From a virus, in IMG/VR virus record IMGVR_UViG_3300032294_002877, positions 1 to 64,000 of that record: a DNA stretch of 64,000 nt; one strand, written 5' to 3'. Below, piece by piece: positions 9,397-17,961 of the stretch. A program made the translations under genes and the position numbers. The notes under the pieces were generated by a model. The model saw nothing but the letters and a program-made list of their open reading frames with translations, did not search any database and had not been told where the DNA came from. Every line of letters starts with the position of its first letter. Position 1 is the stretch's first letter.

Positions 9397-9558
9397 ATGA
9401 TGAATGAGAAAGTGTTCTACGTTTCCGATTGCTGCTATGTTGAGAGTAACCCGGATTATGGGGTTTGCTCCTGCTGTGGTGAGCATTGCGAGATTATCAC
9501 CGATGATAGTTTGGTTTCCGACTACATTCCGGGTTATGATGATGGTGAGGCTTGCTAG
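9397..9558 (+). CDS. Small Cys/Asp-rich protein, 53 aa
   Basis: MMNEKVFYVSDCCYVESNPDYGVCSCCGEHCEIITDD...; follows module 3 leader. Confidence 0.55.
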   Translation: MMNEKVFYVSDCCYVESNPDYGVCSCCGEHCEIITDDSLVSDYIPGYDDGEAC

Positions 9559-9860
9559 TCTCCCTCAGTGTGGGGGTTGTGGATAAGAAAAAGTTTGGTA
9601 TAATACTGGAAAGAGAAAGAGAGAAAGAAAATGACGTATAAAGAAAAACTGATCCGCGAAGTTCACGAAGCCTCTAAGAAAATTACCGATCTTCGTGATA
9701 TGCTGGAGGATGGCGTTCCTGCCAGTAAGCATAAGGCTATCATCAAGCATATTGACGATCTTTCAACATTTATTTTCTATACCCAAGAGACTATCAGCGA
9801 TATGGCTTGACACCGTATCCCTAGTCTGCTAGAATCCGTCATCCTTTGGAGAAAAAGAAA

Positions 9861-10190
9861 ATGAGCAAGTTCCCGATTGTTGAGAAGGCCAAGCGTCAAG
9901 CCCGTATGATTTTTGTTGGTATGGCTATTCCATGCCAGAAGAGTCTAGCGTCCGGTGAGTATGGCCCGATTCGTTGCGAAAAGGTTCTCAAGTTCAATCG
10001 TACCGCTCTGCGGAATATCGGTAAGCGTAAGATTGAAAAGGCCGATCCCCGCCTCGTGGGGGGTGAGGATACCATGATCGTGAAGGTAGGAACACCGGGT
10101 AGTCCGGAGCGTAAAGCGGCTCTTGCCGAACAGTATGCTGCTATTCTGGCATGCGGTGAGGAAATCAGCCCGTTTGCTTGGAAGGAATAG
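9861..10190 (+). CDS. Hypothetical protein
   Basis: GGAG RBS and upstream promoter; basic protein. Confidence 0.65.
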   Translation: MSKFPIVEKAKRQARMIFVGMAIPCQKSLASGEYGPIRCEKVLKFNRTALRNIGKRKIEKADPRLVGGEDTMIVKVGTPGSPERKAALAEQYAAILACGEEISPFAWKE

Positions 10191-10330
10191 TATGAACACC
10201 CGTACACTTCAGGATATTTTGCGAGCCGAACAGGTTCGGCTACCATCCATCACTAACCCTCTCATGCGACGGATAGTGAAAAAGCGTATACAGGTGCTCG
10301 CCCGTACACTACTGTACAGGTATCGAGCTA

Positions 10331-10375
10331 GTCTCACCTAATCCTGCGGATTTGGGATAAGGTGGTATAGTCAGC
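10331..10375 (+). promoter_or_regulatory. Tripartite motif GTCYCA-N10-CGGRTTTG-N12/13-TAGTCAGC, copy 1
   Basis: Recurs 8 times, at 10331, 15559, 22655, 22830, 24235, 24366, 26163 and 26327. Confidence 0.6.
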
Positions 10376-10376
10376 G

Positions 10377-10454
10377 TAAGTCTTTAGCCAGTAAGGACTT
10401 AGAACGAATCGGCGGCGCCCAGTTTGTCGTAACTCCTTATGCAGTAAGGGTTTA
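10377..10454. repeat. Paired 25-bp IHF-like palindrome element, copy 5
   Basis: Halves at 10377-10401 and 10430-10454. Confidence 0.85.
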
Positions 10455-10697
10455 TGATCAAATTATTTTTCTAAAGGTTGGGGCAAAATTGGTCGATAAT
10501 TTATATATAAGGAGAAAAAACCATGTTGACTCTAATTCTTTGGGCTGGTATGCTGGGTTATGGTGTGGGTTATGAGGGATATTCTGATGGGAAACTGTAC
10601 GTTGGTACATATACTCCTAAGGTGGAATATGGGTGGGTTGTGACGGATAGGGGGATTTATTTGGATACGATTCTGGAAAAAAACTGAAATTTTTTGC

Positions 10698-10726
10698 TTG
10701 ACAGGCCGATAAGTATATTGTAGGAT
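10698..10726 (+). promoter_or_regulatory. sigma70-type promoter with GCCGATA spacer box
   Basis: TTGACA-GGCCGATAAGTATATTG-TAGGAT. Confidence 0.75.
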
Positions 10727-10748
10727 TGTGGTATAAGGAGAAAAGAAT

Positions 10749-11057
10749 ATGATTCACGCCGAAGCGGTTAAGATGGTTCGGGGCAAGCGTAATGCTGATC
10801 GTCGCAAGATCGGTAACAATACCTATGCGGAAATCCTATACGATAATACCGTAGCAATTAAGTTGCATAATACCTACGTTGTGAAGATTAACCCAAACGG
10901 TACATATACGTTAAATAGTGGCGGATGGCAGACCGTTACCACTAAGGATAGAATTAACCAGTACAGCCCTGTTAGGGTTTACCAGCGGGATTTTACTTGG
11001 TATGTTAAGATTAACGGCAAGGAATATCCTTTTATGGATGGGATGGTGGTGTCGTAA
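10749..11057 (+). CDS. Hypothetical phage protein
   Basis: AAGGAG RBS; 102-aa ORF. Confidence 0.7.
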   Translation: MIHAEAVKMVRGKRNADRRKIGNNTYAEILYDNTVAIKLHNTYVVKINPNGTYTLNSGGWQTVTTKDRINQYSPVRVYQRDFTWYVKINGKEYPFMDGMVVS

Positions 11058-11344
11058 TGAGTTTTTTCGGATTGTTGATATTGACAATCATTGTGGGGAT
11101 TGGTACAATTATCGTAGGGGCTGTTTTAGCCGAAACCTTTTTATCTATTCTTGACGATTAACATAAAGGAATCCACGGATGGATCTGATAGAACCTATTA
11201 GTTTCGTTTTCGGCGTAATTAGTGGAATTACCGCGTGTTATGCGGTTAGTGATCTGGTGTTCAGCAAGGAGACTAGCAATGAACGCGACGAAATCTGAAA
11301 AACTGTTTCTTATTGGTTCGTTTTTTGCTGGGTGTGTTTTATCG

Positions 11345-11422
11345 TATCTCCTTTGCCTGTAAGAACTTAGGGCAAAAGGGCGGCGCCCGGCTCGCCGTAA
11401 CTCCTTACGCACCAACGACTTA
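11345..11422. repeat. Paired 25-bp IHF-like palindrome element, copy 6
   Basis: Halves at 11345-11369 and 11398-11422. Confidence 0.85.
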
Positions 11423-11701
11423 GAGCGAAAAAAATTTTTCTAAAGATTTTGCTTGACTCTTGCCGATCTATACTGTAGAATCGAATGCAGAAGAAAGAAA
11501 GGTGAGATATGAAAACGAAGAAGCAAAACGCGTACCAAAAAGCGGTTGCTCGCATGGAAAAGGAAACAAGCCGTGCGGTTGCTCATGTGGAATTGCTCCA
11601 GAAGCTATACGCTGAAATGGTCAAAAAAAATGCTAAAGTTTCCTCTTGACAAGTGCCGATTATTCTGGTAGACTGAACCCATCACAACGGAGAAGATTAT
11701 C

Positions 11702-11854
11702 ATGTTCAATTTTGACGAAGTGAACGCGATTCTGGCCGAGATGCGAGATGGTGGTATGGTCGAGCCGATTGACGATCCGACTATCAACGTGGATTTTTGG
11801 GACTGGGCCGATGTGATCGGTGTGGTCGAAGATTTTGAGCCTTTGGAATTTTGA
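11702..11854 (+). CDS. Small acidic protein, 50 aa
   Basis: MFNFDEVNAILAEMRDGGMVEPIDDPTINVDFWDWADVIGVVEDFEPLEF; GGAG RBS and promoter at 11646-11674. Confidence 0.6.
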   Translation: MFNFDEVNAILAEMRDGGMVEPIDDPTINVDFWDWADVIGVVEDFEPLEF

Positions 11855-11864
11855 AGAGGAAGCC

Positions 11865-12122
11865 ATGAGTCACCCTGACCCCTTGTTCGATCCCGATAAC
11901 GTTTTGGAGGATGATATGAACTACGCTGATGATGTTGACGCGTCGAACTACGACGATTATGATGATTTTTACGGCGAGATTGATGCTGATGAATTGGAGA
12001 ACAGTTGGGATGATTCGTATGATGATAGTATGGATGGTGATTCTGAGTCTGCGTTCGGTTCATGCGGATGGGGTTTGGACGAATATTACAACCCCGATAC
12101 CGATCACGGAGATGATTGGTGA
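11865..12122 (+). CDS. Extremely Asp-rich protein
   Basis: GAGG RBS; MSHPDPLFDPDNVLEDDMNYADDVDASNYDDYDDF... Confidence 0.7.
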   Translation: MSHPDPLFDPDNVLEDDMNYADDVDASNYDDYDDFYGEIDADELENSWDDSYDDSMDGDSESAFGSCGWGLDEYYNPDTDHGDDW

Positions 12123-12189
12123 CTTGACTTTTGACAATTGTGTGGTAAACTAGTTTTAGGTTTTAGGGTTTTCTAACTGAAAGGTTTTT

Positions 12190-12600
12190 ATGAACGATTG
12201 GATGATTCTTGCTGGTGTTTTTGGTATTGTTCTTGCTGGTATGGTTACGTTTGCTCTGTATCATATCTATAGTGGTGTTCACTCTACTTTGGCTAATGCC
12301 CAAGTTGGTGAGGTTTACAATTTCGAGTATCTTCAGCCGCATCATGGCGATCCGGTTAGGGTTCTCGCAAGAGTAATTGAGCCTGCGTGTACGCTGAGTG
12401 ATGAGAGTATCCGTAGGCTGAATGCGACTAGTAACTATCGTGTTCACGATCCGGAATTCAAGCGTACTCGTCACCTTGTAACGTGTGAGACTCCGAATGG
12501 TGAGGTTCGACAGTTCTATGCTGAACGTGCAAAGAACGTGCGTCGTCCTCTTCTCGCGGGACTGCTTTTCCGTACAGGTACTGCACACCTGTTCGCGTGA
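12190..12600 (+). CDS. Hypothetical protein with N-terminal TM segment
   Basis: AAAGG RBS; hydrophobic N-terminus. Confidence 0.7.
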   Translation: MNDWMILAGVFGIVLAGMVTFALYHIYSGVHSTLANAQVGEVYNFEYLQPHHGDPVRVLARVIEPACTLSDESIRRLNATSNYRVHDPEFKRTRHLVTCETPNGEVRQFYAERAKNVRRPLLAGLLFRTGTAHLFA

Positions 12601-12630
12601 ACGATTGTTCAGTTCGGTTAACCCTGGCCC

Positions 12631-12708
12631 TAAGTTGTTGCCACGCAATGACTTAGGGTTCGGGGGCGCCACCCGATTTGACGTAACTCCTTATCCTCCA
12701 ACACTTTA
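12631..12708. repeat. Paired 25-bp IHF-like palindrome element, copy 7
   Basis: Halves at 12631-12655 and 12684-12708. Confidence 0.85.
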
Positions 12709-12951
12709 CGTCTCAATAATTTTTTCTATATTTTTCTCTTGACACTTGCCGATTATACTGTAGAATAATCGCATGAACACTAATAACTGCTATGCCGGAT
12801 TTTCGTGGCGTGTTTTCAAAAATAATCGGTTCGCCGGTTATGTTGTGGCTCTGAGCCAGACGGATGCTATACGCAAAGCCGTCGAGAAGTATGGTCGATA
12901 TGTGTGGGTTGAACGGATTACCTATAGTCGGGTCTAGTCAAGGGAATAAAT

Positions 12952-13413
12952 ATGTTCACGGTCAATCATATGAATCGGGTTTTGTGCGAAATCAAGGGAT
13001 TGGGTAGCAAGAGTGTGTTTTCTATTCGTAAGAGTCGCCTGACTTATAGACTTTCTTGCATGAATAGCCAACACCGTGGTGCGATTATTGAGAAGATGAT
13101 TCGGGATAGGTTCATTATGCAGGGTAAGCGGGTTAGGTATATCGGGGGAAGTAATTCGTTCGATATGCTGGTTGATGGTGAGCGTGTGGAAATCAAGTCC
13201 TCTCTGCCTATGGTGATTCCTACCAAGAAGGGTCATACTCTTTTCTATAGGTTTCAGAATATCAAAACTAAGTATTTTGATAAGATTGTACTGGTTTATG
13301 TTAGTCCGAATGGTTTGAGGGTAAAAACTTTCACTAAAAAGACTATGATGAAGATGCTGCGGAAGAGCAAGTATTATGCCAACGGCAAAATGTATGCGTG
13401 TGCGGCAAAATAA
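12952..13413 (+). CDS. Putative PD-(D/E)XK nuclease-fold protein
   Basis: E...FDMLVDGERVEIKSS, resembling the D-x(n)-E-x-K active-site motif. Confidence 0.55.
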   Translation: MFTVNHMNRVLCEIKGLGSKSVFSIRKSRLTYRLSCMNSQHRGAIIEKMIRDRFIMQGKRVRYIGGSNSFDMLVDGERVEIKSSLPMVIPTKKGHTLFYRFQNIKTKYFDKIVLVYVSPNGLRVKTFTKKTMMKMLRKSKYYANGKMYACAAK

Positions 13414-13477
13414 TTCATGGTTGTGTGGTTGACAGCCGATACCGTATAGTATAGAATCTAGACAAAGGGAGAGAAAA

Positions 13478-13984
13478 ATGCCTAACTGGTGCCTGAATAG
13501 ATTGGTTGTTTCTCATAGTGATTCTAGTATGCTTGACCGTTTTATAAAAGCATATAATAGGGGTACTGTTTGTAATGAGTTTCTGCCAGAGCCAAAAGAC
13601 CTTGACCAAGATGACGATATGGGGCCTAATGGTTGGTGGACTTGGAGAATTGAAAACTGGGGAACCAAATGGGACATTGGTGCTGATGAGGGGACTGATA
13701 GGGAAGAATGGCATGGTCGGAAGGCTCAAATTGTAAATAATGAAGTTGTTTGTTCGTTTGACTCTGCTTGGGCTCCTCCTATTGGTTTGTATAAGGAGTT
13801 GGTTCTGCAAGGGTTTAGGGTTGCTGCATCATACTTTGAGCCGGGTATGAGTTTCTGTGGCGAATGGATCGACGGCACTGATAACTATATCGAATACGGT
13901 AATAACAAGAATCTAATTACTAAACAGATTTGGGGGGACTACAATCTCACAGAGTTTTTTGCTGACGATGAAGTAGAAGCCTAA
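13478..13984 (+). CDS. DUF1281/YubB-like ferredoxin-fold protein
   Basis: MPNWCxN start, WRIENWGTKWD and FDSAWAPP motifs. Confidence 0.7.
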   Translation: MPNWCLNRLVVSHSDSSMLDRFIKAYNRGTVCNEFLPEPKDLDQDDDMGPNGWWTWRIENWGTKWDIGADEGTDREEWHGRKAQIVNNEVVCSFDSAWAPPIGLYKELVLQGFRVAASYFEPGMSFCGEWIDGTDNYIEYGNNKNLITKQIWGDYNLTEFFADDEVEA

Positions 13985-13995
13985 TAGGTTCGCTC

Positions 13996-14073
13996 TAAGT
14001 TCTTGATACCAAAGGACTTAGGGCAAACCCGCGCCGCCCGGCTCGACGTAAGTGCTTGGTAGCAAAAGAGTTG
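13996..14073. repeat. Paired 25-bp IHF-like palindrome element, copy 8
   Basis: Halves at 13996-14020 and 14049-14073. The left half contains TATCAAGAACTTA on the minus strand, an exact WATCAANNNNTTR match. Confidence 0.85.
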
Positions 14074-14138
14074 CATCAAAAAAATATTTTTTCAAGAAAC
14101 CCTATTGACAAGCCGATAATAGAGTGTAGAATGATGGA

Positions 14139-14455
14139 GTAAGACAAAACAATATGCGTGGGTCCAAGCGCACGGACTAGATTGGGATAACCTGTACGAT
14201 AAACCCTTACCAGCGATTGCTGTTTGGGTTGCCTAACGGGGTTATACGTTGGGATAGTATACCAGTCTATGGGGGATCGCGTCCTCACCACGCTCCATAC
14301 AACCAGTAACCGTCACCAAGAGCCAGACTAACCGGAACATGATGCTAGCAGTTCATCCGGTTACAGGGAGGTTTCCGTGGGCGGTTTCCATCCGATCCTG
14401 ACAAGGGACAATCGTATGGTCTATAGGAATCGGGGCGTAAAAGATTCCGCTGGTT
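14139..14455 (+). ncRNA. Candidate structured ncRNA, about 310 nt
   Basis: Own promoter (TTGACA 14105 / TAGAAT 14127), no plus-strand ORF, several helices including TAGATTGG/CCAGTCTA, CCTAACG/CGTTGGG, TAACCGGA/TCCGGTTA and GGAATC/GATTCC. Confidence 0.5.
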
Positions 14456-14509
14456 TTTCTTATTGACTTGCCGATAAAGAATGGTATAATAGTGGAATAG
14501 GAGAGAAAA

Positions 14510-14740
14510 ATGACCGTTAACGAACTTATTGAGCAGTTGAAGAATTATCCGTCTGATATGCGTGTGCTTGCTCTTGGTTATGAGGGTGGGTTTGACGATA
14601 TCAATCTGAAAACGGATGATATTGTATTCAATGTGAATAATAAAGATACCTGGTATATGGGTTCTCATGAGACTGTTGATATGTGTGGAGAGTATGGTAA
14701 TAGTGGTGAGAAGTGTTTGATTGTTATAAGGGCTAAATAA
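14510..14740 (+). CDS. Hypothetical phage protein
   Basis: AGGAG RBS; promoter at 14463-14490; MTVNELIEQLKNYP start. Confidence 0.7.
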   Translation: MTVNELIEQLKNYPSDMRVLALGYEGGFDDINLKTDDIVFNVNNKDTWYMGSHETVDMCGEYGNSGEKCLIVIRAK

Positions 14741-14997
14741 TGGAATGGCTTAGTTTTTTTGGTTATCGTCGCCCTATCAACGGTCAGAAAGTTTATTACT
14801 TTGGGCCATATATTGGTGTGTGGCAGGGGAGGTATGAGATTCATAGGGATGATCCTGTGAGTGAACATATTCTTATTTGTGAGGAAACTCCGGGGGTTGT
14901 AGATCGTATGGATGCTCCGTGGTGGATGCCATATGAGGGACAACCAAAGCCACAACGACCAGAAACTGACTATCCAAAGGATTACCCACATGGCTAA
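14740..14997 (+). CDS. Hypothetical protein
   Basis: Overlaps the upstream stop (TAATG). Confidence 0.6.
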   Translation: MEWLSFFGYRRPINGQKVYYFGPYIGVWQGRYEIHRDDPVSEHILICEETPGVVDRMDAPWWMPYEGQPKPQRPETDYPKDYPHG

Positions 14998-15330
14998 AAA
15001 CTTCAAAGACTTGCATACCGTTGATGCAAAAGACATGACCCGTGATCAGGCTATGATCTATGTTATTAACTTTTTTAACTCTCGTATGGCAACAATGAGT
15101 AACTCTCACAGAAATAAGGTTAAAGAGGTTATTGGATTGCATGAGATTGGTACTAGCGAACTCGTTAATAAATATCTGGAGTTGGTCCTTGAAAATTCTT
15201 GATACTAGTTGCAAGTGTGGACGCTGTGATGGGTCTATCTTTCGTGTGGACAAGTATGGTATTCCATGGTACTGGTGTTCTAATTGCGAATGGTGGTACC
15301 TAAAAGACTGGGAAGATGTTTGAATCGTCG

Positions 15331-15408
15331 TAAGTGATTGGGATATAAAGACTTACGACAAAGCGGCGCCACCCGATTCGCCCTAACTCTTTATGCTGCA
15401 ACAACTTA
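15331..15408. repeat. Paired 25-bp IHF-like palindrome element, copy 9
   Basis: Halves at 15331-15355 and 15384-15408. Confidence 0.85.
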
Positions 15409-15470
15409 CGACTAAAATTATTTTTCTAAAGAATCCTCTTGACTATCCCGATAATAGATGTATACTTAGG

Positions 15471-15564
15471 GAGCAAGTAGATTAGGGCCGTTGGCAGAAT
15501 GATATCAAAGAAGCCGCGGTTAAATGCAAGGCCGAGTATGGCATAACCCAATCTATTTGTTTTT
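15471..15564 (+). ncRNA. Candidate small RNA, about 90 nt, with paired 5'/3' ends
   Basis: Starts just after TTGACT-16-TATACT (15439-15466). CAAGTAGATTAGGG pairs with CCCAATCTATTTG (one bulge). Ends in a T run. Confidence 0.5.
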
Positions 15565-15622
15565 CCTAATCCTTCGGATTTGGCTGGAGTGGCTGTAGTC
15601 AGCGAGAATAAAGGAACACTTT

Positions 15623-16018
15623 ATGCAGTGTAGGTCCATTGCTGTTGGTATGATTGAGGAAACTTATGATACATACAAGCGTGTGTGGTCTATCGATGGT
15701 AGTTTGTTTAGCGAATTAAATAAATTCGATATTCCTGTATGGAATAATATGAATAGCGACACAAAACGTGCTGCTATCGAATATGTTTATCAAAATCGCA
15801 ATACTATCGAACTACACTCTGGAGAAGTTGAGTCTTGGGTACAGGCTACGGCATATTTCATGATTATGAATTTTGCTTCTATTTTGAGCCCTGATGTTGA
15901 GCCTGAGATTGAGGTCTTTTTTGACGATATGGATTTTATGATAGACGAAGATGTTTTGACTGATAGTGATGTTCAAGAGCAGATGGGTATTGGAAAAAAT
16001 TTCACTGATAAGTTTTAA
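15623..16018 (+). CDS. Hypothetical protein
   Basis: AAGGA RBS; acidic C-terminus. Confidence 0.65.
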   Translation: MQCRSIAVGMIEETYDTYKRVWSIDGSLFSELNKFDIPVWNNMNSDTKRAAIEYVYQNRNTIELHSGEVESWVQATAYFMIMNFASILSPDVEPEIEVFFDDMDFMIDEDVLTDSDVQEQMGIGKNFTDKF

Positions 16019-16058
16019 AGGTCTTGACAAGAGTTAGCCGATAATGTATACTAGAACC

Positions 16059-16484
16059 ATGAAAGCAAAACAACTACATGGCGAGGTACGATTTCATTTG
16101 AGCAGTGGCGAGCATTATATGCACTGGCAAGTGAAGGTGAAGAAGGGTGGTAAGACTGTGGATGTCTACTATTATGATCCATCTGAATACCAGTTAGAGA
16201 TGAGAGGCTGTAAACTGTGGAATAGGCCGAATAAGGCTAAACAGGTGTTTGAGGCCGGTGTGCATGATGTGAGCGGATGGGTAAGGTGCGAAGAGGTTAT
16301 GCTTCGTAAGGATTTTCATCCTACTCTGCCTATTGACAATCTTGAGAAGTTATTTTATAATCCACTTCGTGATCCTCACTGGCGACGAGAAAGCGACAGC
16401 AACGAATTCATTTGGGATGGTAGCGAGTATGCTACGCTATTAACTAACGGCAAACAAGTTTACATTTTGGAAGAAAGGGTTTAA
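16059..16484 (+). CDS. Hypothetical protein
   Basis: Follows promoter 16024-16052. Confidence 0.65.
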   Translation: MKAKQLHGEVRFHLSSGEHYMHWQVKVKKGGKTVDVYYYDPSEYQLEMRGCKLWNRPNKAKQVFEAGVHDVSGWVRCEEVMLRKDFHPTLPIDNLEKLFYNPLRDPHWRRESDSNEFIWDGSEYATLLTNGKQVYILEERV

Positions 16485-16485
16485 T

Positions 16486-16857
16486 ATGATCAAGTTGGAA
16501 CTGAGTGTTCGTGAGGCTATGAATCTGGCGACGAACTGCCACCTCGATATCTATGAGCGGATCGTAAACGCTTTCGAGGTTGCGTTGGGTGTTAACCAGA
16601 ATAAGATGGTGACGATCACCAGAGGTATGACTCTCGACAATCGTATTGGTTGCATCAAGGCCATTCGACTCCATACTGGTTGGGGATTGAAGGAGGCAAA
16701 GGAGTGGACGGATTTTCTGGTGGGTGGCTGGAAGTACGACAAGTGGAATCCTGCTCCTACTGGTAGGACGCAGAGTATCACTCTCAAGACTCCCGAAGCG
16801 GCTGAAAATCTCCTCCGCGATCTTGTTGGTTTGGGTTGCGAAGGCTATCTTTCGTAA
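16486..16857 (+). CDS. Protein with ribosomal bL12 (L7/L12) C-terminal-domain-like motif
   Basis: RIGCIKAIRLHTGWGLKEAKEWTD resembles the bL12 CTD motif KIxVIKxVRxxTGLGLKEAKxLVE. Confidence 0.7.
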   Translation: MIKLELSVREAMNLATNCHLDIYERIVNAFEVALGVNQNKMVTITRGMTLDNRIGCIKAIRLHTGWGLKEAKEWTDFLVGGWKYDKWNPAPTGRTQSITLKTPEAAENLLRDLVGLGCEGYLS

Positions 16858-16859
16858 CC

Positions 16860-16937
16860 TAAAGCCTTGCAACTAAAGAACTTAGAGCGAGGCAGCGGGG
16901 CCGTGTTTGCCATAAGTCCTTATGTCACAACAACTTA
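16860..16937. repeat. Paired 25-bp IHF-like palindrome element, copy 10
   Basis: Halves at 16860-16884 and 16913-16937. Confidence 0.85.
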
Positions 16938-17131
16938 CAGCCAATCAAAAAAATATTCATGTATCGACCTTGACTTGCCGATACTATATGGTAGAATGAT
17001 AGCATCACACGACAAGACGCTAACTGACCACAACACAAAAAAGTTCAGCCTAGCACTTGACAAGTGATGTTGTCTGATGTATGATTACTTTACTTGGTTC
17101 GATTACACTTTTGGAAAGGTTAGGTTTGACT

Positions 17132-17389
17132 ATGCGTACTTATGATTTTGCGGTTGCTGTTGCTTCTGATTCGCTGGATACCGAGGTGGTTGAGGATACG
17201 ATCAAGCAGGCTCTTGCTGACGGTCTGCCCGATGGTACGCTTGTGGTCGTGAAGGCCCAGGGTATCAAGGACTATTCCGAGCAGGGTTGGAAGGTTGCTC
17301 GTAACCGTAAGTTTGGCGTGAGTGCCAAGGAAGCGGGCGATGCCCACAAGGCGAAGTTGACGCGAATTGACGAGGCGACACCCGCCTGA
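17132..17389 (+). CDS. Hypothetical protein
   Basis: AGGT RBS; upstream TTGACA promoter. Confidence 0.65.
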   Translation: MRTYDFAVAVASDSLDTEVVEDTIKQALADGLPDGTLVVVKAQGIKDYSEQGWKVARNRKFGVSAKEAGDAHKAKLTRIDEATPA

Positions 17390-17399
17390 CAATTCAAAC

Positions 17400-17644
17400 T
17401 GGACTATGCCAGTATAAAGAGATTTTAGGCATAGTGCGGCGGGATTCGTCCCGCGTAATGAGAGTTCGTTGCAGACCTAGGTGCAGCCTAGAGAGGGATT
17501 TAACCAATCCTATAAGACGGGTGGTTCCGTCGAAAGTTGTTGCTCTCTAGAGTTTTATTACTAATATAGATGGTACAACAACGCCAGCAAACCGATAGAC
17601 GCTGACGAGCCCCGGCGGTAGCACCGTCCGGGCTATCGGTCTAT
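17400..17644 (+). ncRNA. Candidate multi-hairpin structured RNA directly upstream of the tRNA cluster
   Basis: Helices ACTATGCC/GGCATAGT, GCGGGA/TCCCGC, CTAGAGAG/CTCTCTAG enclosing two hairpins, ACCGATAG/CTATCGGT, and GTTGTTG/CAACAAC (possible pseudoknot). Confidence 0.55.
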
Positions 17645-17716
17645 GGGGCCATAGTTAAATGGATATAACACGGGATTTCTAATCCTGTATTGTAGGTTCG
17701 ATTCCTACTGGCCCTA
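17645..17716 (+). tRNA. tRNA-Arg(TCT)
   Basis: Acceptor GGGGCCA/TGGCCCT; anticodon loop TT-TCT-AA; GGTTCGATTCC T arm. Confidence 0.9.
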
Positions 17717-17723
17717 CTTTTTT

Positions 17724-17797
17724 GGGGGTGTAGATCAATTGGTTAGATCGTTAGCCTGTCACGCTAAAGGTTGCGGGTTCAAGTCCCGTCACCCTCG
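17724..17797 (+). tRNA. tRNA-Asp(GTC)
   Basis: GGGGGTG/CACCCTC; TTAGC-CTGTCAC-GCTAA. Confidence 0.92.
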
Positions 17798-17800
17798 CTA

Positions 17801-17883
17801 GGTGGATTACTCAAGTGGTCAACGAGGGCAGACTGTAAATCTGCTGGCTTTTGCCTTCGGGAGTTCGAATCTCTCATCCACCA
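17801..17883 (+). tRNA. tRNA-Tyr(GTA)
   Basis: GGTGGAT/ATCCACC; GCAGA-CTGTAAA-TCTGC; long variable arm. Confidence 0.92.
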
Positions 17884-17961
17884 TAAATCCTTACGTGATA
17901 AGCACTTAGGGTAAGGACGCGGGACCGCGTTTGTCGCAAGTCGTTACTGCACAAGCACTTG
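17884..17961. repeat. Paired 25-bp IHF-like palindrome element, copy 11
   Basis: Halves at 17884-17908 and 17937-17961; abuts the tRNA-Tyr 3' end. Confidence 0.8.

Noticed and set aside
17598-17640. Hammerhead ribozyme suggested by CTGACGAG before a stem
   Set aside because: The stem is not followed by the required GAAA, and the nearby GAAA (17532) lacks an upstream CUGANGA.
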